Positions 12,130 to 23,686 of a DNA stretch of 64,000 nucleotides are shown here, piece by piece. Made by a program: the position numbers and the translations under genes. Under the pieces are notes generated by a model. It was not told the DNA's origin. It did not search any database and saw nothing but the letters and a program-made list of their open reading frames with translations. Origin of the DNA: Alloascoidea hylecoeti (Eukaryota); the NCBI GenBank assembly GCA_001600815.1, contig BCKZ01000018.1, positions 62,001 to 126,000 of the forward strand. Direction: 5' to 3'. Within the stretch, counting starts at the first letter, position 1; every line of letters begins with the position of its first letter.

Positions 12130-13935
12130 TTAAACTTCATTTTTGTTCTCCTTCTCAGGAACTGGATCTGCTTTTTTCTCAAGTTTTTTATTACTAACAA
12201 ATAAACCAGATACAAAACCAGCCATTGATAGTGCAATACAGAAATAAATTACACCTTTATATGCATCACAAACATCTTTAATAATTTCTGTCTTATACTT
12301 TGAAGGTAAAGCTTGAATATCAGAGGGTGAATTGATTAATGTTAAAGCACTTGGAATTGAATAACCTTCTTCTTTTGCACTTTTAATAACACTTGTTAGT
12401 TTACTTTTCAAAACACTAGTAAATATTGTTTGACTAATATCAGCACCAAGCGCACCACCTAAAAATCTTAAAAAATTAGCAAAACTTGTTGCTAATATAA
12501 CACCACCATCATTCTTTGGTGTTGCAAGTTGTGCGGATAATAAAGATGCCTGGAAGCTAAATCCTAATCCAATACCTGGTAAAATTTGATAACCAATTCT
12601 TTGTGCAGCATTAGTATGAGGTCCAAATTTTGATAATAAACCAAACCCAATTGGAACAATAGTAACACCAAAAATTAAAAAAGGTTTAACATATTTTACT
12701 TTTGTAATAACAAATCCAATTATTATAGTTATCAAAATATTTGGTATAATTGTTGGAAGTAATTGAATACCACTACTTAATGCAGTTGCATTCCTTACAA
12801 CTTGGAAATAAATAGTTAAAAACATACTTGAACCAATGAAAGAAGAATATAAAAAGGTAAGTGATAATGATGAAGCAACAACTTGATAATTTGTAATAAT
12901 TCTAGCTGGTATAAGTGGATTCTTTGAATATTTGAAATTATAAATTCCAAATAAAATTAAAATTATTCCTCCAAGAGTAAAACATAAAATAACTGCAGCA
13001 GATTTCCAAGGAAATTCAACACCACCAAATGTTGTACCTAATAATACTAAAACCAAACCACTAGCAATCAAAAAAGTTCCAATATAATCAATCATTCCTA
13101 ATTTCTCTTTCAAACTTCCTCTTGTTTTAGGAGGGTTAAAAACCAATGCTAAAATTCCTGCAGCAAGACCGCCAATTGGTAAATTAATATAAAAACACCA
13201 TCTCCATGTAGCATGAGTAGTTAAAGCACCACCAAGTAATGGACCAATAATAGAAGCAATACCGAAAACAACACTGAGCGAAGAAAAACTAGCTGCTCTT
13301 CTTTCCATTGGTACAACCTCTGACACCACGACCATAGTGAGTGTTTGTATCCCACAACCACCGATTCCGCCGATAACTCTGCCACCAATCAACATATTCA
13401 TTGAATTTGAGACTCCGCAAATCAATGAACCAATCTCAAATACAATAATACTTACTAATAAAGCTGGCTTTCTACCAAAAATTATAGATAATTTTGCACA
13501 TGTTGGTGTTAAAACAGCTATTGGTAATAAATAAGCAGAAGTAATCCATCCAGTCTTACTAAAATCATGAAATTTTGCACCAACAGCAGAATAAATTGTG
13601 ATAGTGATTAATTGATCCAAGGCAGCAAGAAATAGAGTCAACATTAATGATAAGAAACAAAGACCTAGTTTAGCGCCGTGAAGATACTGATCCTTTGCAA
13701 CTGTTCCATCACCTGCATCTTCAGCTTCTGTGTCTGTTTTCTTCCTCTCTAAGTTATTATCGTTTTCATCCAACTTATGAGTATCCTGAGGTTCATTTAT
13801 TGGAATAACAGAATCTTGTGACTGATCATTATTGTTGTTGGATTTAGTTAACTCACTCATAGAATCAGTTATTGGATAATTATTATTATTAGATTCAATA
13901 GATTTCGAAGAACCTTTTTCATTCAAACTCATCAT
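12130..13935 (-). CDS. DHA2-family 14-TM MFS drug:H+ antiporter (Sge1/Azr1/Vba-like), copy A
   Basis: LFLAALDQ, FGRK, GRVIGGIGG, IGPLLGGALT and WRWCFYINLPIGG motifs. Confidence 0.92.
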   Translation of the reverse strand: MMSLNEKGSSKSIESNNNNYPITDSMSELTKSNNNNDQSQDSVIPINEPQDTHKLDENDNNLERKKTDTEAEDAGDGTVAKDQYLHGAKLGLCFLSLMLTLFLAALDQLITITIYSAVGAKFHDFSKTGWITSAYLLPIAVLTPTCAKLSIIFGRKPALLVSIIVFEIGSLICGVSNSMNMLIGGRVIGGIGGCGIQTLTMVVVSEVVPMERRAASFSSLSVVFGIASIIGPLLGGALTTHATWRWCFYINLPIGGLAAGILALVFNPPKTRGSLKEKLGMIDYIGTFLIASGLVLVLLGTTFGGVEFPWKSAAVILCFTLGGIILILFGIYNFKYSKNPLIPARIITNYQVVASSLSLTFLYSSFIGSSMFLTIYFQVVRNATALSSGIQLLPTIIPNILITIIIGFVITKVKYVKPFLIFGVTIVPIGFGLLSKFGPHTNAAQRIGYQILPGIGLGFSFQASLLSAQLATPKNDGGVILATSFANFLRFLGGALGADISQTIFTSVLKSKLTSVIKSAKEEGYSIPSALTLINSPSDIQALPSKYKTEIIKDVCDAYKGVIYFCIALSMAGFVSGLFVSNKKLEKKADPVPEKENKNEV

Positions 13936-14458
13936 ATATATTTATAATATTAATATTAATGATTATATATCTTTGATATCAAGATTAAACTACATTTTTT
14001 GCTCTCTTTATATACATTTTCTTGACTTTTAAAAAAAAGTGCGATGTGCCCTCGGTTTATAAACGGCTACTATTCAAAAAAAGTGCGATAAATCCAGGTG
14101 CATACAAAGTTTCATAAAATTCCCATTAAATGCCAACAAGAAACTATTTAATGAGGAAATCGAATTTATTGTGTAGAGCCTCTAGTTCTATATATTTTTT
14201 ATTTTATTTATTATATTTTCTTTCATAACATAACTAAATCATTTTTATTTTTCTACTTTGTGGGTTTTGACGGTATATGGCCACACTTATTATAATTAGC
14301 GACTGATTATACGCTCAATTAGGTGGGTTACGTGCACTCCCCATCCTCTCTTAAACTTGGCCTCATCTTAAATTTAGTTACAGCCAATAGCTACAGTATG
14401 TCATTAGTAATACTGATGAATGAGCTCGAGCAGTTATTCATATATATAACTTATAATA

Positions 14459-14790
14459 GTTACTTAAGTTTAGATGAGCATACTCACCATGGTACTACTC
14501 AGCCCTCGCCATACGTGTTGTATCATATGATGGGAAGTCATCCATCATCCAGTTACAATCTCATCGTACAAATGGGATTAATCAGCATAACTTGTTAGAT
14601 CATGTATTTTCATTCATGTTACAACCATCTATGATTTTTATAGATTTTTACTTGAATTTAGATGAGCTTAGGTGTGGTATCATATGATGGAACGGCAATC
14701 ACAATTGACATCTCATACAAATTTAAATAGAATAAATTAACTTTACTATGTAACGTGTTATGTCCTGCATTTTCATTCATATTAGAATCC
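14459..14790. repeat. Imperfect direct repeat, two copies of about 140-170 bp
   Basis: Blocks TTACTT..TTTAGATGAGC, GTATCATATGATGG, ATCTCAT..ACAAAT and ATTTTCATTCAT occur in the same order at about 14460-14625 and 14648-14790. Confidence 0.7.
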
Positions 14791-16163
14791 TCGAAATAAC
14801 ACTTAGGGTTACTTACATTGAGTTTGGATAATGAAACGGTCGGACATCATCTGAAGATTAATGTTCTGAACCACAATCATCAATTTTATTTTTCTTTTTT
14901 AGCACACATTCTAATTAGAAAGATATATCATATATTAATTAGTGCGTTGTAAAGTTTTTTTCTCCGAGTTTTTTTCTTTCTAAGAGACCTTCGATTGCAA
15001 TTGGATGGCATTCGTTCTACTATCTACGAACCGTCTCCTGTTCTTTGTGGCAAGAGATGTCTCGTGGACACTTTTATATTAACATCTGCAAATAACCTCG
15101 TTATAGGAAAAAAATTGATGAGATTTTTCTGAATTCCAAACCACAATCTTCATTCACCCCCACGGCTTGTGCCTCAGCGCGTACTTTCAGGTAGCGAGTC
15201 AGGACTTTGTGAGGATCCCCATATCGCACCAATGACTTTTGACACTATGTTTGTGATTCGAGATAGTAGTATGACAAAAAGATTGAACCCTTATGAAGCG
15301 GATGCTGAAGTTTCTACTCTCCTGATCCTTACACAATTATCTCACGACAAAGGTTAACCGTAGTCTTACTTAATGATAAAATTTGGACAGATTTTTTTGA
15401 TGAATTATTAAATATATACAGACTGATAAAAATGACGAGTACTTGAAATCTACGGGAAATATCGTACAAATTGAACAATTTGGGTTTGATTATCATTTGT
15501 GATTATAAGATAATGAAATTAGCCCTATTATATCCTGTTAAAGTTCAAAGTGCCCTTGTTTGAGTTCAAAGTGCCTGTTCTCCCAGTTGCGCCAAAAAGC
15601 CAATCGACTCTTTAGTGAACTGTTCCAAGAGTGTAATATATCCAACATATCCTGTTAATTGAGTGATTATAACATTAAATTAGAAGGATAACTGGGATAA
15701 TTATAAGCTTGATAGTCTATCACAAATGAAAAAATATTGAGGATTTCTGCAAGTTATGTAGCTAAGTTTATAATCATTGACTTCATTGTCATATTAAATT
15801 TCTACAATTATCCCATAATTAATTTCTTATAAAGCAATTCAAACTGTTACCTTAAGCGCCAAAAACCAGTATTTAAAGTATGGCGGAACAATGTTAATCA
15901 GGGTTTACGAATATTTCTCCATCAAGTGGACTAGATTAAGTGTTGTTTTCAAATGATTCCTGCTAAGCACCCACCCTATGACATAAATTGTGCTCATGGA
16001 GAATCTTCTCTCTGGATACAAGCTTTACAATAAACCGTCAAACATCTATAAGATCTTATCTGTAGAAAATATAATATTATATAGGTATGCTAAAGTTAAT
16101 GATTAGAATGCAACATAATAATTATAAACCAAAGAATATATGTTAGCAATACTAATATTAATC

Positions 16164-17969
16164 CTAAACTTCATTTTTGTTTTCCTTCTCAGGAACTGGA
16201 TCTGCTTTTTTCTCAAGTTTTTTATTACTAACAAATAAACTACAAATAAAACCAGCCACTGATAGTGCAATACAGAAATATATTACAGCTTTATATGCAT
16301 CGCAAACATCTTGAAGAATTTCTGTCTTATAATTTGAAGGTAAAGCTTGAATATCAGAGGGTGAATTGATTAATGTTAAAGCACTTGGAATTGAATAACC
16401 TTCTTCTTTTGCACTTTTAATAACACTTGTTAGTTTACTTTTCAAAACACTAGTAAATATTGTTTGACTAATATCAGCACCAAGCGCACCTCCAATAAAT
16501 CTTAAAAAGTTTGCAAAACTTGTTGCTAATATAACACCACCATCATTCTTTGGTGTTGCAAGTTGTGCGGTCAATAAAACTGTTTGAAAACTACATCCTA
16601 ATCCAATACCTGGTAAAATTTGATAACCAATTCTTTGTGCAGCATTAGTATGAAGTCCAAATTTTGATAATAAACCATAACCAATTGGAAGAATAGTAAC
16701 ACCAAAAATTAAAAAAGGTTTAACATATCTTACTTTTGTGACTGCAACTCCAATTATTATAGTAAACAAAATATTTGGTATAATTGTTGGAAGTGATTGA
16801 ATACCACTACTTAATGCAGTTGCATTCCTTACAACTTGGAAATAAATAATTAAAAACATACTTGCACCAATGAAAGAAGAATATAAAAAGGTAAGTGATA
16901 ATGATGAAGCAACAACTTGATAATTTGTAATAATTCTAGCTGGTATAAGTGGATTCTTTGAATATTTGAAATTATAAATTCCAAATAAAATTAAAATTAT
17001 TCCTCCAAGAGTAAAACATAAAATAACTGCAGCAGATTTCCAAGGAAATTCAACACCACCAAATGTTGTACCTAATAATACTAAAACCAAACCACTAGCA
17101 ATCAAAAAAGTTCCAATATAATCAATCATTCCTAATTTCTCTTTCAAACTTCCTCTTGTTTTAGGAGGGTTAAAAACCAATGCTAAAATTCCTGCAGCAA
17201 GACCGCCAATTGGTAAATTAATATAAAAACACCATCTCCATGTAGCATGAGTAGTTAAAGCACCACCAAGTAATGGACCAATAACTGCAGCAATACCAAA
17301 AACAGCACTAAGGGAAGTAAGGCTAGCTGCTCTTCTTTCCATTGGTACAACCTCTGACACCACGACCATAGTGAGTGTTTGTATCCCACAACCACCGATT
17401 CCGCTGATAACTCTGCCACCAATCAACATATTCATTGAATTTGAGACTCCGCAAATCAATGAACCAATCTCAAATACAATAATACTTACTAATAAAGCTG
17501 GCTTTCTGCCAAAAATTATAGATAATTTTGCACATGTTGGTGTTAAAACAGCTATTGGTAATAAATAAGCAGAAGTAATCCATCCAGTCTTACTAAAATC
17601 ATGAAATTTTGCACCAACAGCAGAATAAATTGTGATAGTGATTAATTGATCCAAGGCAGCAAGAAATAGAGTCAACATTAATGATAAGAAACAAAGACCT
17701 AGTTTAGCGCCGTGAAGATACTGATCCTTTGCAACTGTTCCATCACCTGCATCTTCAGCTTCTGTGTCTGTTTTCTTCCTCTCTAAGTTATTATCGTTTT
17801 CATCCAACTTATGAGTATCCTGAGGTTCATTTATTGGAATAACAGAATCTTGTGACTGATCATTATTGTTGTTGGATTTAGTTAACTCACTCATAGAATC
17901 AGTTATTGGATAATTATTATTATTAGATTCAATAGATTTCGAAGAACTTTTTTCATTCAAACTCATCAT
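16164..17969 (-). CDS. DHA2-family MFS drug:H+ antiporter, copy B (tandem duplicate, offset 4034 bp)
   Basis: 601 aa; about 31 substitutions versus copy A by manual comparison. Confidence 0.92.
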   Translation of the reverse strand: MMSLNEKSSSKSIESNNNNYPITDSMSELTKSNNNNDQSQDSVIPINEPQDTHKLDENDNNLERKKTDTEAEDAGDGTVAKDQYLHGAKLGLCFLSLMLTLFLAALDQLITITIYSAVGAKFHDFSKTGWITSAYLLPIAVLTPTCAKLSIIFGRKPALLVSIIVFEIGSLICGVSNSMNMLIGGRVISGIGGCGIQTLTMVVVSEVVPMERRAASLTSLSAVFGIAAVIGPLLGGALTTHATWRWCFYINLPIGGLAAGILALVFNPPKTRGSLKEKLGMIDYIGTFLIASGLVLVLLGTTFGGVEFPWKSAAVILCFTLGGIILILFGIYNFKYSKNPLIPARIITNYQVVASSLSLTFLYSSFIGASMFLIIYFQVVRNATALSSGIQSLPTIIPNILFTIIIGVAVTKVRYVKPFLIFGVTILPIGYGLLSKFGLHTNAAQRIGYQILPGIGLGCSFQTVLLTAQLATPKNDGGVILATSFANFLRFIGGALGADISQTIFTSVLKSKLTSVIKSAKEEGYSIPSALTLINSPSDIQALPSNYKTEILQDVCDAYKAVIYFCIALSVAGFICSLFVSNKKLEKKADPVPEKENKNEV

Positions 17970-18710
17970 ATATATTTATAATATTAATATTAATGATTGT
18001 ATATCTTTTATATCAAGATTAAACTACATCTTTTGCTCTCTTTATATACACTTTCTTGATTGTTTTGCCACATGTATTCGGTTTAGTCTTCGAAAAAGAG
18101 CGATAAAACCCGATTCATACAATTTGTGGGTATGGAAACTGTAGAGATCGTCGATTCAAGTTTAAATCTGCAGTTGACAAAGTACGATAATAAAAATGGG
18201 CTTCGCAATATTACAATGAGCTACTGAGATAACTTCGCGTTAATATCGGTCATTCGTTGTCTTGTATATTCGCAACATTTTGGTATTTTAAACATATAAT
18301 TCGGCCACATGATAAAATGATATTAGACCAACTACTAAATCGGATTTTAAATTAATATTGAGAAGAAAATGATAACGGCATTTTTACCTATAATCCATAG
18401 TTAAGTTCTTGCCAAACTAATTCAACTTGTAATTAGCCTTAACTGCCCAGAAATAATACCTATCGTGTAGCTAAAGGATAGTTATCAGAATGACTAATAC
18501 TTAACCATCACTTGGACGAAATTAAATGCAAATGATTGTTACTGATTCAAAACATCCATACACCTCTCTGCTCATTGAAAAAATAAAAATTTATTTTGCA
18601 TAAATTCTTTTTTTGAAAATTTAAAAAATCTTAAAAAAAGTTTTGAAAAGTTTTTTCTTTCATTTTTTTCCTATATCATTTTGTTTATTTGATATATATA
18701 TTACCAAAAG

Positions 18711-20495
18711 ATGTCATTAACAATCCAAGAAACTAAACAACAAAATGTTTTATTAAATGAAAAGAATAAACTTCATGAATCATTAATAGAAAAATATCGA
18801 TTAAGTGGACAAATTTCTCAAACATGTTTATCATTAATAATTCAATTAATTAATGAAAGTTATCATTTTAAAACAACTAAACCACCATTAAATATTAAAC
18901 AATTATGTGAAATTGGTGATAATTTTTTAAATAAACAAATTTTAATAAATTATAATTCAAAAATTCATGATAAAATTTTAGAATTTAATGATATTCAAAA
19001 AATTGAAAAAGGAATTTCATATCCTGTTCGTATTGAAAGAAATGATATTGTTTTTGGATTTTCACCAGAAATTGATGATGTTGAAAATGGTGAAGAATTT
19101 TTACAAGTTGGTGATATTGTTAAAATTACTTTGGGTGTTTATATTGATGGTTATACATCACAAGTTTGTCATACAATTGTTATTTATCCAGAAGCAATTC
19201 TTGGAGAAAATGGAATTTTACAACCATCTGGACCATTATTAGGTAGTAAAGCAGATTCAATATGTGCAACACATATTGCAACAGATGCTATAATTGCATA
19301 TTTAGGTACAAGTCTTTTCCCAAATCGTATTAAAAATGAAGATTTTAAAAAAGTTACTGGTAAAAATATAAAATTAATTGTTAATCAAATTGCAGAAATA
19401 TTCCATTGTATTGTTGTACCAGGATCAAAAGTTAGAAGAATTAGAAGATTTTTATCAGGACAAAATGAATCAATTATTAATGAAAAAAATCATAAACAAG
19501 TATCATGGACAGAATCAGATCAAGAACTTCAATTATTAAAACAAAAAAATTTAAATAATGAATCGAATTCAGTTATATTGAAAACTCAAAAAAATGAAAA
19601 GGTAGAAAATGAAGAAAATTTTATTGTTGAAGCTGGTGAAGCATATTTAATTGATTTACAATTTTCAGGAATTTCATCATTTAATAATAAACCAGGTATT
19701 GTTACATTGAAAACAATTGATAATTATACAGGTAAAAAAACGTCTCAGAAACCAGTTGTTGATGGTCAAGAAATAACAAGTTTAAACCATTTTAAACCAA
19801 GTATTTTTATTCGTGATAATGCAATTAAATATCAATTAAAATTAAAATCATCAAGATCATTATTAGGTAAAATTGATGAAAATGGATCTGTTTATCCATT
19901 TAAATTATCATATTTATCAAAAGGTTTTTCAAATGATGATAAATCATTAATAAATAAAGATTTAAAAGAATCAAGACTAGGATTAAAAGAATTACTTAAT
20001 CATTCATTAGTTGTTGCACAACCAGCAAAAGTTGCAACTTTTATTCCATTAGAAATAATTTTAAATAATTTATCATTAACATCAACAATTAATAATACAT
20101 TTAATTTAAATAAAGGATCAAATTTTGGAGATGCATTACCAGGACTAGGTATTTCATCATCAACATTAGAAAGTTTAACAAAACATGGTATACCAATTTC
20201 AGTATCAAGACAAACAAGTACAATTTTATTAATTGATGAATCATATAATGGTAAAAATGGAATTTTAAAATTAACCGGTGGTTCAAAAGTTTGTAAACCA
20301 AGTTGGGTTCATAGTCAATATAGCTTATCAAATGGTGATAATTCAACTGGAATTATTGATTTATTAAAAGAATTATTTGTTTTGGCAAATGATAAAAAAA
20401 ATGGTATTAATTTAAAAGAGTGTCAAGCAATGAAGTTACCGAATACATTAAATATCGGACAAAATTCAGAAGAAACAGATATGCAAATAGATTAA
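18711..20495 (+). CDS. ARX1: Pre-60S export factor Arx1 (catalytically inactive MetAP fold)
   Basis: EKYRLSGQISQT, VKITLGVYIDGYTSQV, GSKVRRIRRFLSGQNE and SWVHSQY motifs; RRPE-like TGAAAAA/TGAAAATTT upstream. Confidence 0.9.
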   Translation: MSLTIQETKQQNVLLNEKNKLHESLIEKYRLSGQISQTCLSLIIQLINESYHFKTTKPPLNIKQLCEIGDNFLNKQILINYNSKIHDKILEFNDIQKIEKGISYPVRIERNDIVFGFSPEIDDVENGEEFLQVGDIVKITLGVYIDGYTSQVCHTIVIYPEAILGENGILQPSGPLLGSKADSICATHIATDAIIAYLGTSLFPNRIKNEDFKKVTGKNIKLIVNQIAEIFHCIVVPGSKVRRIRRFLSGQNESIINEKNHKQVSWTESDQELQLLKQKNLNNESNSVILKTQKNEKVENEENFIVEAGEAYLIDLQFSGISSFNNKPGIVTLKTIDNYTGKKTSQKPVVDGQEITSLNHFKPSIFIRDNAIKYQLKLKSSRSLLGKIDENGSVYPFKLSYLSKGFSNDDKSLINKDLKESRLGLKELLNHSLVVAQPAKVATFIPLEIILNNLSLTSTINNTFNLNKGSNFGDALPGLGISSSTLESLTKHGIPISVSRQTSTILLIDESYNGKNGILKLTGGSKVCKPSWVHSQYSLSNGDNSTGIIDLLKELFVLANDKKNGINLKECQAMKLPNTLNIGQNSEETDMQID

Positions 20496-20750
20496 TTATA
20501 AATTAATGTTTTCAATTAGATACAGTAGTACTTTAATGATATTAAACAATTTCAATTATAAATATATTATAGATATTAATTATTATACTAATAGTTTTTA
20601 TAAGACAAGACAAAGACACAAACAAAGAAACATAAAGACAAGTAAAGCAATGTAAATGTATACGTAGAATTTCGTTAAAAAAAGATAAAATAAATCGTAA
20701 GCAATATCGTTAATGATGTTGATAATGCGAATGAATAATAATATCAACTA

Positions 20751-21041
20751 TTACTTCATTTCTTTAACTTTTGAATCCAATTCATCAGAATTTTCCTTTG
20801 CTTTTCTTAATTTTGATTTCAAATTTGATAATAATTCCTTTTCATGTTTCCTAACATAAAAATCTTCCTTTGCCTTTTCCATAGCAGCAAAAGAATCATT
20901 TGACTGTTCACCTCGAAATGAGCCAGTGGCTCCTGCTGTGTAATGTCTTAAAGTGGTTTGGATGACAGGTAAGGCTTTTGTAATAAGTACTGGTGCAGAT
21001 GCAGTTGCAACTGAAGATGCTTGGACGATAATGGAGCTCAT
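20751..21041 (-). CDS. INH1: Mitochondrial F1Fo-ATPase inhibitor (Inh1/Stf1, IATP family)
   Basis: Presequence-like N-terminus, then GATGS..DSF..EKAKEDFYVRKHEKELL and a coiled coil. Confidence 0.8.
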   Translation of the reverse strand: MSSIIVQASSVATASAPVLITKALPVIQTTLRHYTAGATGSFRGEQSNDSFAAMEKAKEDFYVRKHEKELLSNLKSKLRKAKENSDELDSKVKEMK

Positions 21042-21242
21042 TTATTAATAGATATGGATGTATAAATAGCAACGATAAAAGTTGAAGATGGTAAATGAAG
21101 GAGATGTTGAAGGGAAAAAGAAGAATATTTATACCAAACTACGAAGCTACGAGACTACAATGACTCCTGTGATGATCATGATATGTTCTCTATTAGTAAA
21201 ATAGTGTCATGATGGGATGCATGAAAGATGTGATCGTGACGA

Positions 21243-21351
21243 TTATGTAATGCTGGTAGTGTGGATTACGTAATACACGCTGCTTCGTTGTGACACTTAT
21301 GCACACCCTTCCGGTCGCGTGACGACTCTTTAGCTATGGGTGCTTACGTCA
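21243..21351. promoter_or_regulatory. bZIP (ATF/CREB/Yap-like) sites in the INH1-BMH divergent promoter
   Basis: TTATGTAA at 21243, palindromic TTACGTAA at 21266 and TTACGTCA at 21344. Confidence 0.4.
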
Positions 21352-21461
21352 GCGATTATCAGGTTTCAGGCTTTTTGAGCAGCTTGCAAACATCTCTTCC
21401 TCCTTTTTTCTTCTTCCTCATCTTTTCTCAATTGCAAGATTCTCGTTTGTTACTTATAAAG

Positions 21462-22281
21462 GTACGTATCTGTTCTGCTGTTGCGGACTTTCACAGCACA
21501 TTTCTTGAAAATGGGGAGTTTCCAGGGGAGTTTCCAGGGAGGTTTGTGCCATGTTTTGGCCCAGATCTGGTTTCTCCGCTGTTGGATTGTCGGCATTCCC
21601 GGCTTAGATCCATGGAAAATGGAGGTGTTGATCGTTCCCTGCTCGTCCAGTTCTATCCAGAATCTTTCAGTATATATTGGTGTGTTCTGGCTGAATATTA
21701 GGTTACAAATTATGTCGATTGTGGCTTTTTGAATCTTCCAAACAGAATGATTTGAAAATAGGAGAATCAAGAAAAACAAGGAATCTCTTTTGTTTATTTC
21801 AATCCAATTATTTAACACCATCTTCCATTCATCATCATGAACTTGTTTCTTGATAGTTTGTTGGTTGAGGTTTTAAAGTGTGGATCGACGATTCTTATAG
21901 ATTTTCTGATCCAACACGTCATTTTTGTCGTTCTTGTCATCTTTGGGTCGTCATTTTCCCACCCTTCGCAACCACCGGGCCGAGTTTTCCAACCGTGTTA
22001 ATAAGCATGGCAATTCCTACGATTCTTCTGGAATGTTTTTAATATTCCTTTAACGGTCTTAATAAACTTGGAAAGCCTCGTTTTCAGGCGTTGTTGCAAT
22101 TTTTTTTTTTCTCTCTATGTTTTGTTTAGGGGGCGTGACAATAATAATAACCAGGGAACGACAAAAAAAACACCCATCAATCCATCATTCTTAAACTCCT
22201 TTTTTTTTTCCCTTCTTTTTTTCTTCTTTTTCCCTTCACTTCGTTTTGTTTACTAACTTTGCTCTTTTTACTCATTTTTAG
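21462..22281 (+). other. 820-nt 5'UTR intron of the 14-3-3 gene
   Basis: Donor AG|GTACGT at 21462, perfect TACTAAC at 22251, pyrimidine tract, and TAG ending at 22281, 8 nt before the ATG at 22290. Confidence 0.75.
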
Positions 22282-22289
22282 AATTGACA

Positions 22290-23102
22290 ATGCCAGCCAG
22301 TCGTGAAGATTCTGTTTACTTAGCTAAGCTCGCCGAGCAAGCTGAACGTTATGAAGAAATGGTCGAAAGTATCAAAGCCGTTGCTGCCTCTGGTGAAGAA
22401 CTTACCATCGAAGAACGTAACTTACTCTCCGTTGCTTACAAAAACGTCATTGGTGCCCGTCGTGCTTCATGGAGAATTGTCTCTTCTATCGAGCAAAAGG
22501 AGGAAAGTAAAGGAAATGATGCTCAAGTCACTTTAATTAGAGATTATAGAAAAAAAATTGAAACTGAATTAGGAAAGATTTGTGATGATGTTTTAAGTGT
22601 TTTAAATGATCATTTAATTCCATCTGCTCAAGCTGGTGAATCTAAAGTATTTTATTATAAGATGAAAGGTGATTATCATCGTTATCTTGCTGAATTTGCA
22701 ACTGGTGATAAACGTAAAGATGATGCTGATAAGTCTTTAGAAGCTTACAAATCTGCTTCAGATGTTGCAGTTACTGATTTACCACCAACACATCCAATTA
22801 GATTAGGTTTAGCCTTGAATTTTTCTGTTTTCTATTATGAAATCTTGAATTCTCCTGATCGTGCTTGTCATTTAGCAAAACAAGCTTTTGATGATGCTAT
22901 TGCTGAATTAGATACTTTGAATGAAGAAAGTTACAAAGATTCTACATTGATTATGCAATTATTAAGAGATAATTTGACATTGTGGACTTCTGATATGTCT
23001 GATAATGCTACAGAAGAACCAACTGCTGCTGCTCCAGCCCCTGCTGCTGAACCAAGTGCAACTGCAACTGCCACTGAAACTGCTGAACCAGCTAATGAGT
23101 AA
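22290..23102 (+). CDS. BMH1: 14-3-3 protein (Bmh1/Bmh2 ortholog)
   Basis: Canonical sequence ([50 protein letters not shown]); true ATG at 22290. Confidence 0.97.
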   Translation: MPASREDSVYLAKLAEQAERYEEMVESIKAVAASGEELTIEERNLLSVAYKNVIGARRASWRIVSSIEQKEESKGNDAQVTLIRDYRKKIETELGKICDDVLSVLNDHLIPSAQAGESKVFYYKMKGDYHRYLAEFATGDKRKDDADKSLEAYKSASDVAVTDLPPTHPIRLGLALNFSVFYYEILNSPDRACHLAKQAFDDAIAELDTLNEESYKDSTLIMQLLRDNLTLWTSDMSDNATEEPTAAAPAPAAEPSATATATETAEPANE

Positions 23103-23686
23103 ATATCAATAATTTTATAGTTGTTTATTATACTTGTTTGTTAATTTCTTTATCAAAGTTGTTTATTGTCTACAAGTAATGTTTAAATTTATCTTTTATC
23201 TTTTCATTGATCAATTTTCCAAACCTTCCAAATTTTCCAATTTTTTTTTTTTCAAATATCTCTCCATTTCTTTCCATCTTTTTTTTTTTTTTTTTCATTT
23301 TCTTCTCTTACATTGGTGAAGTGTGTTTTCTTAGAATCTCTTTTTTTTTAGTATATATTTTAGTAAGTGAGTATAAAGTTACAATTGATATTACAAACCA
23401 AAATGTCAGTTTTATAATACCTTTATTCTTTAGAAATCCAATGGTATTTAGAATATTAACTTTATGATTGTTTTAAAGTTTAGACATATACTCATCTCAT
23501 TCATATGTTTTTAAGTTTTTGTTTTTGTATGTAGTACAGCTTTATAATATATTACATAACCATATTATCAAATATAAAATGTAAAATGTTAAATTGTTAT
23601 TGATATTTAAATTATATATACAATACTTAATCAAAATCAATAACTTTATATATTTATAATATTTATCTTTATTTATATGATCATGA

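Noticed and set aside
13337..17568. Duplicated 65-aa + strand ORFs
   Set aside because: Antisense shadows of the duplicated MFS genes.
21336..21821. Three overlapping ORFs upstream of BMH
   Set aside because: They fall in the GC-rich promoter and 5'UTR intron; no recognisable protein.
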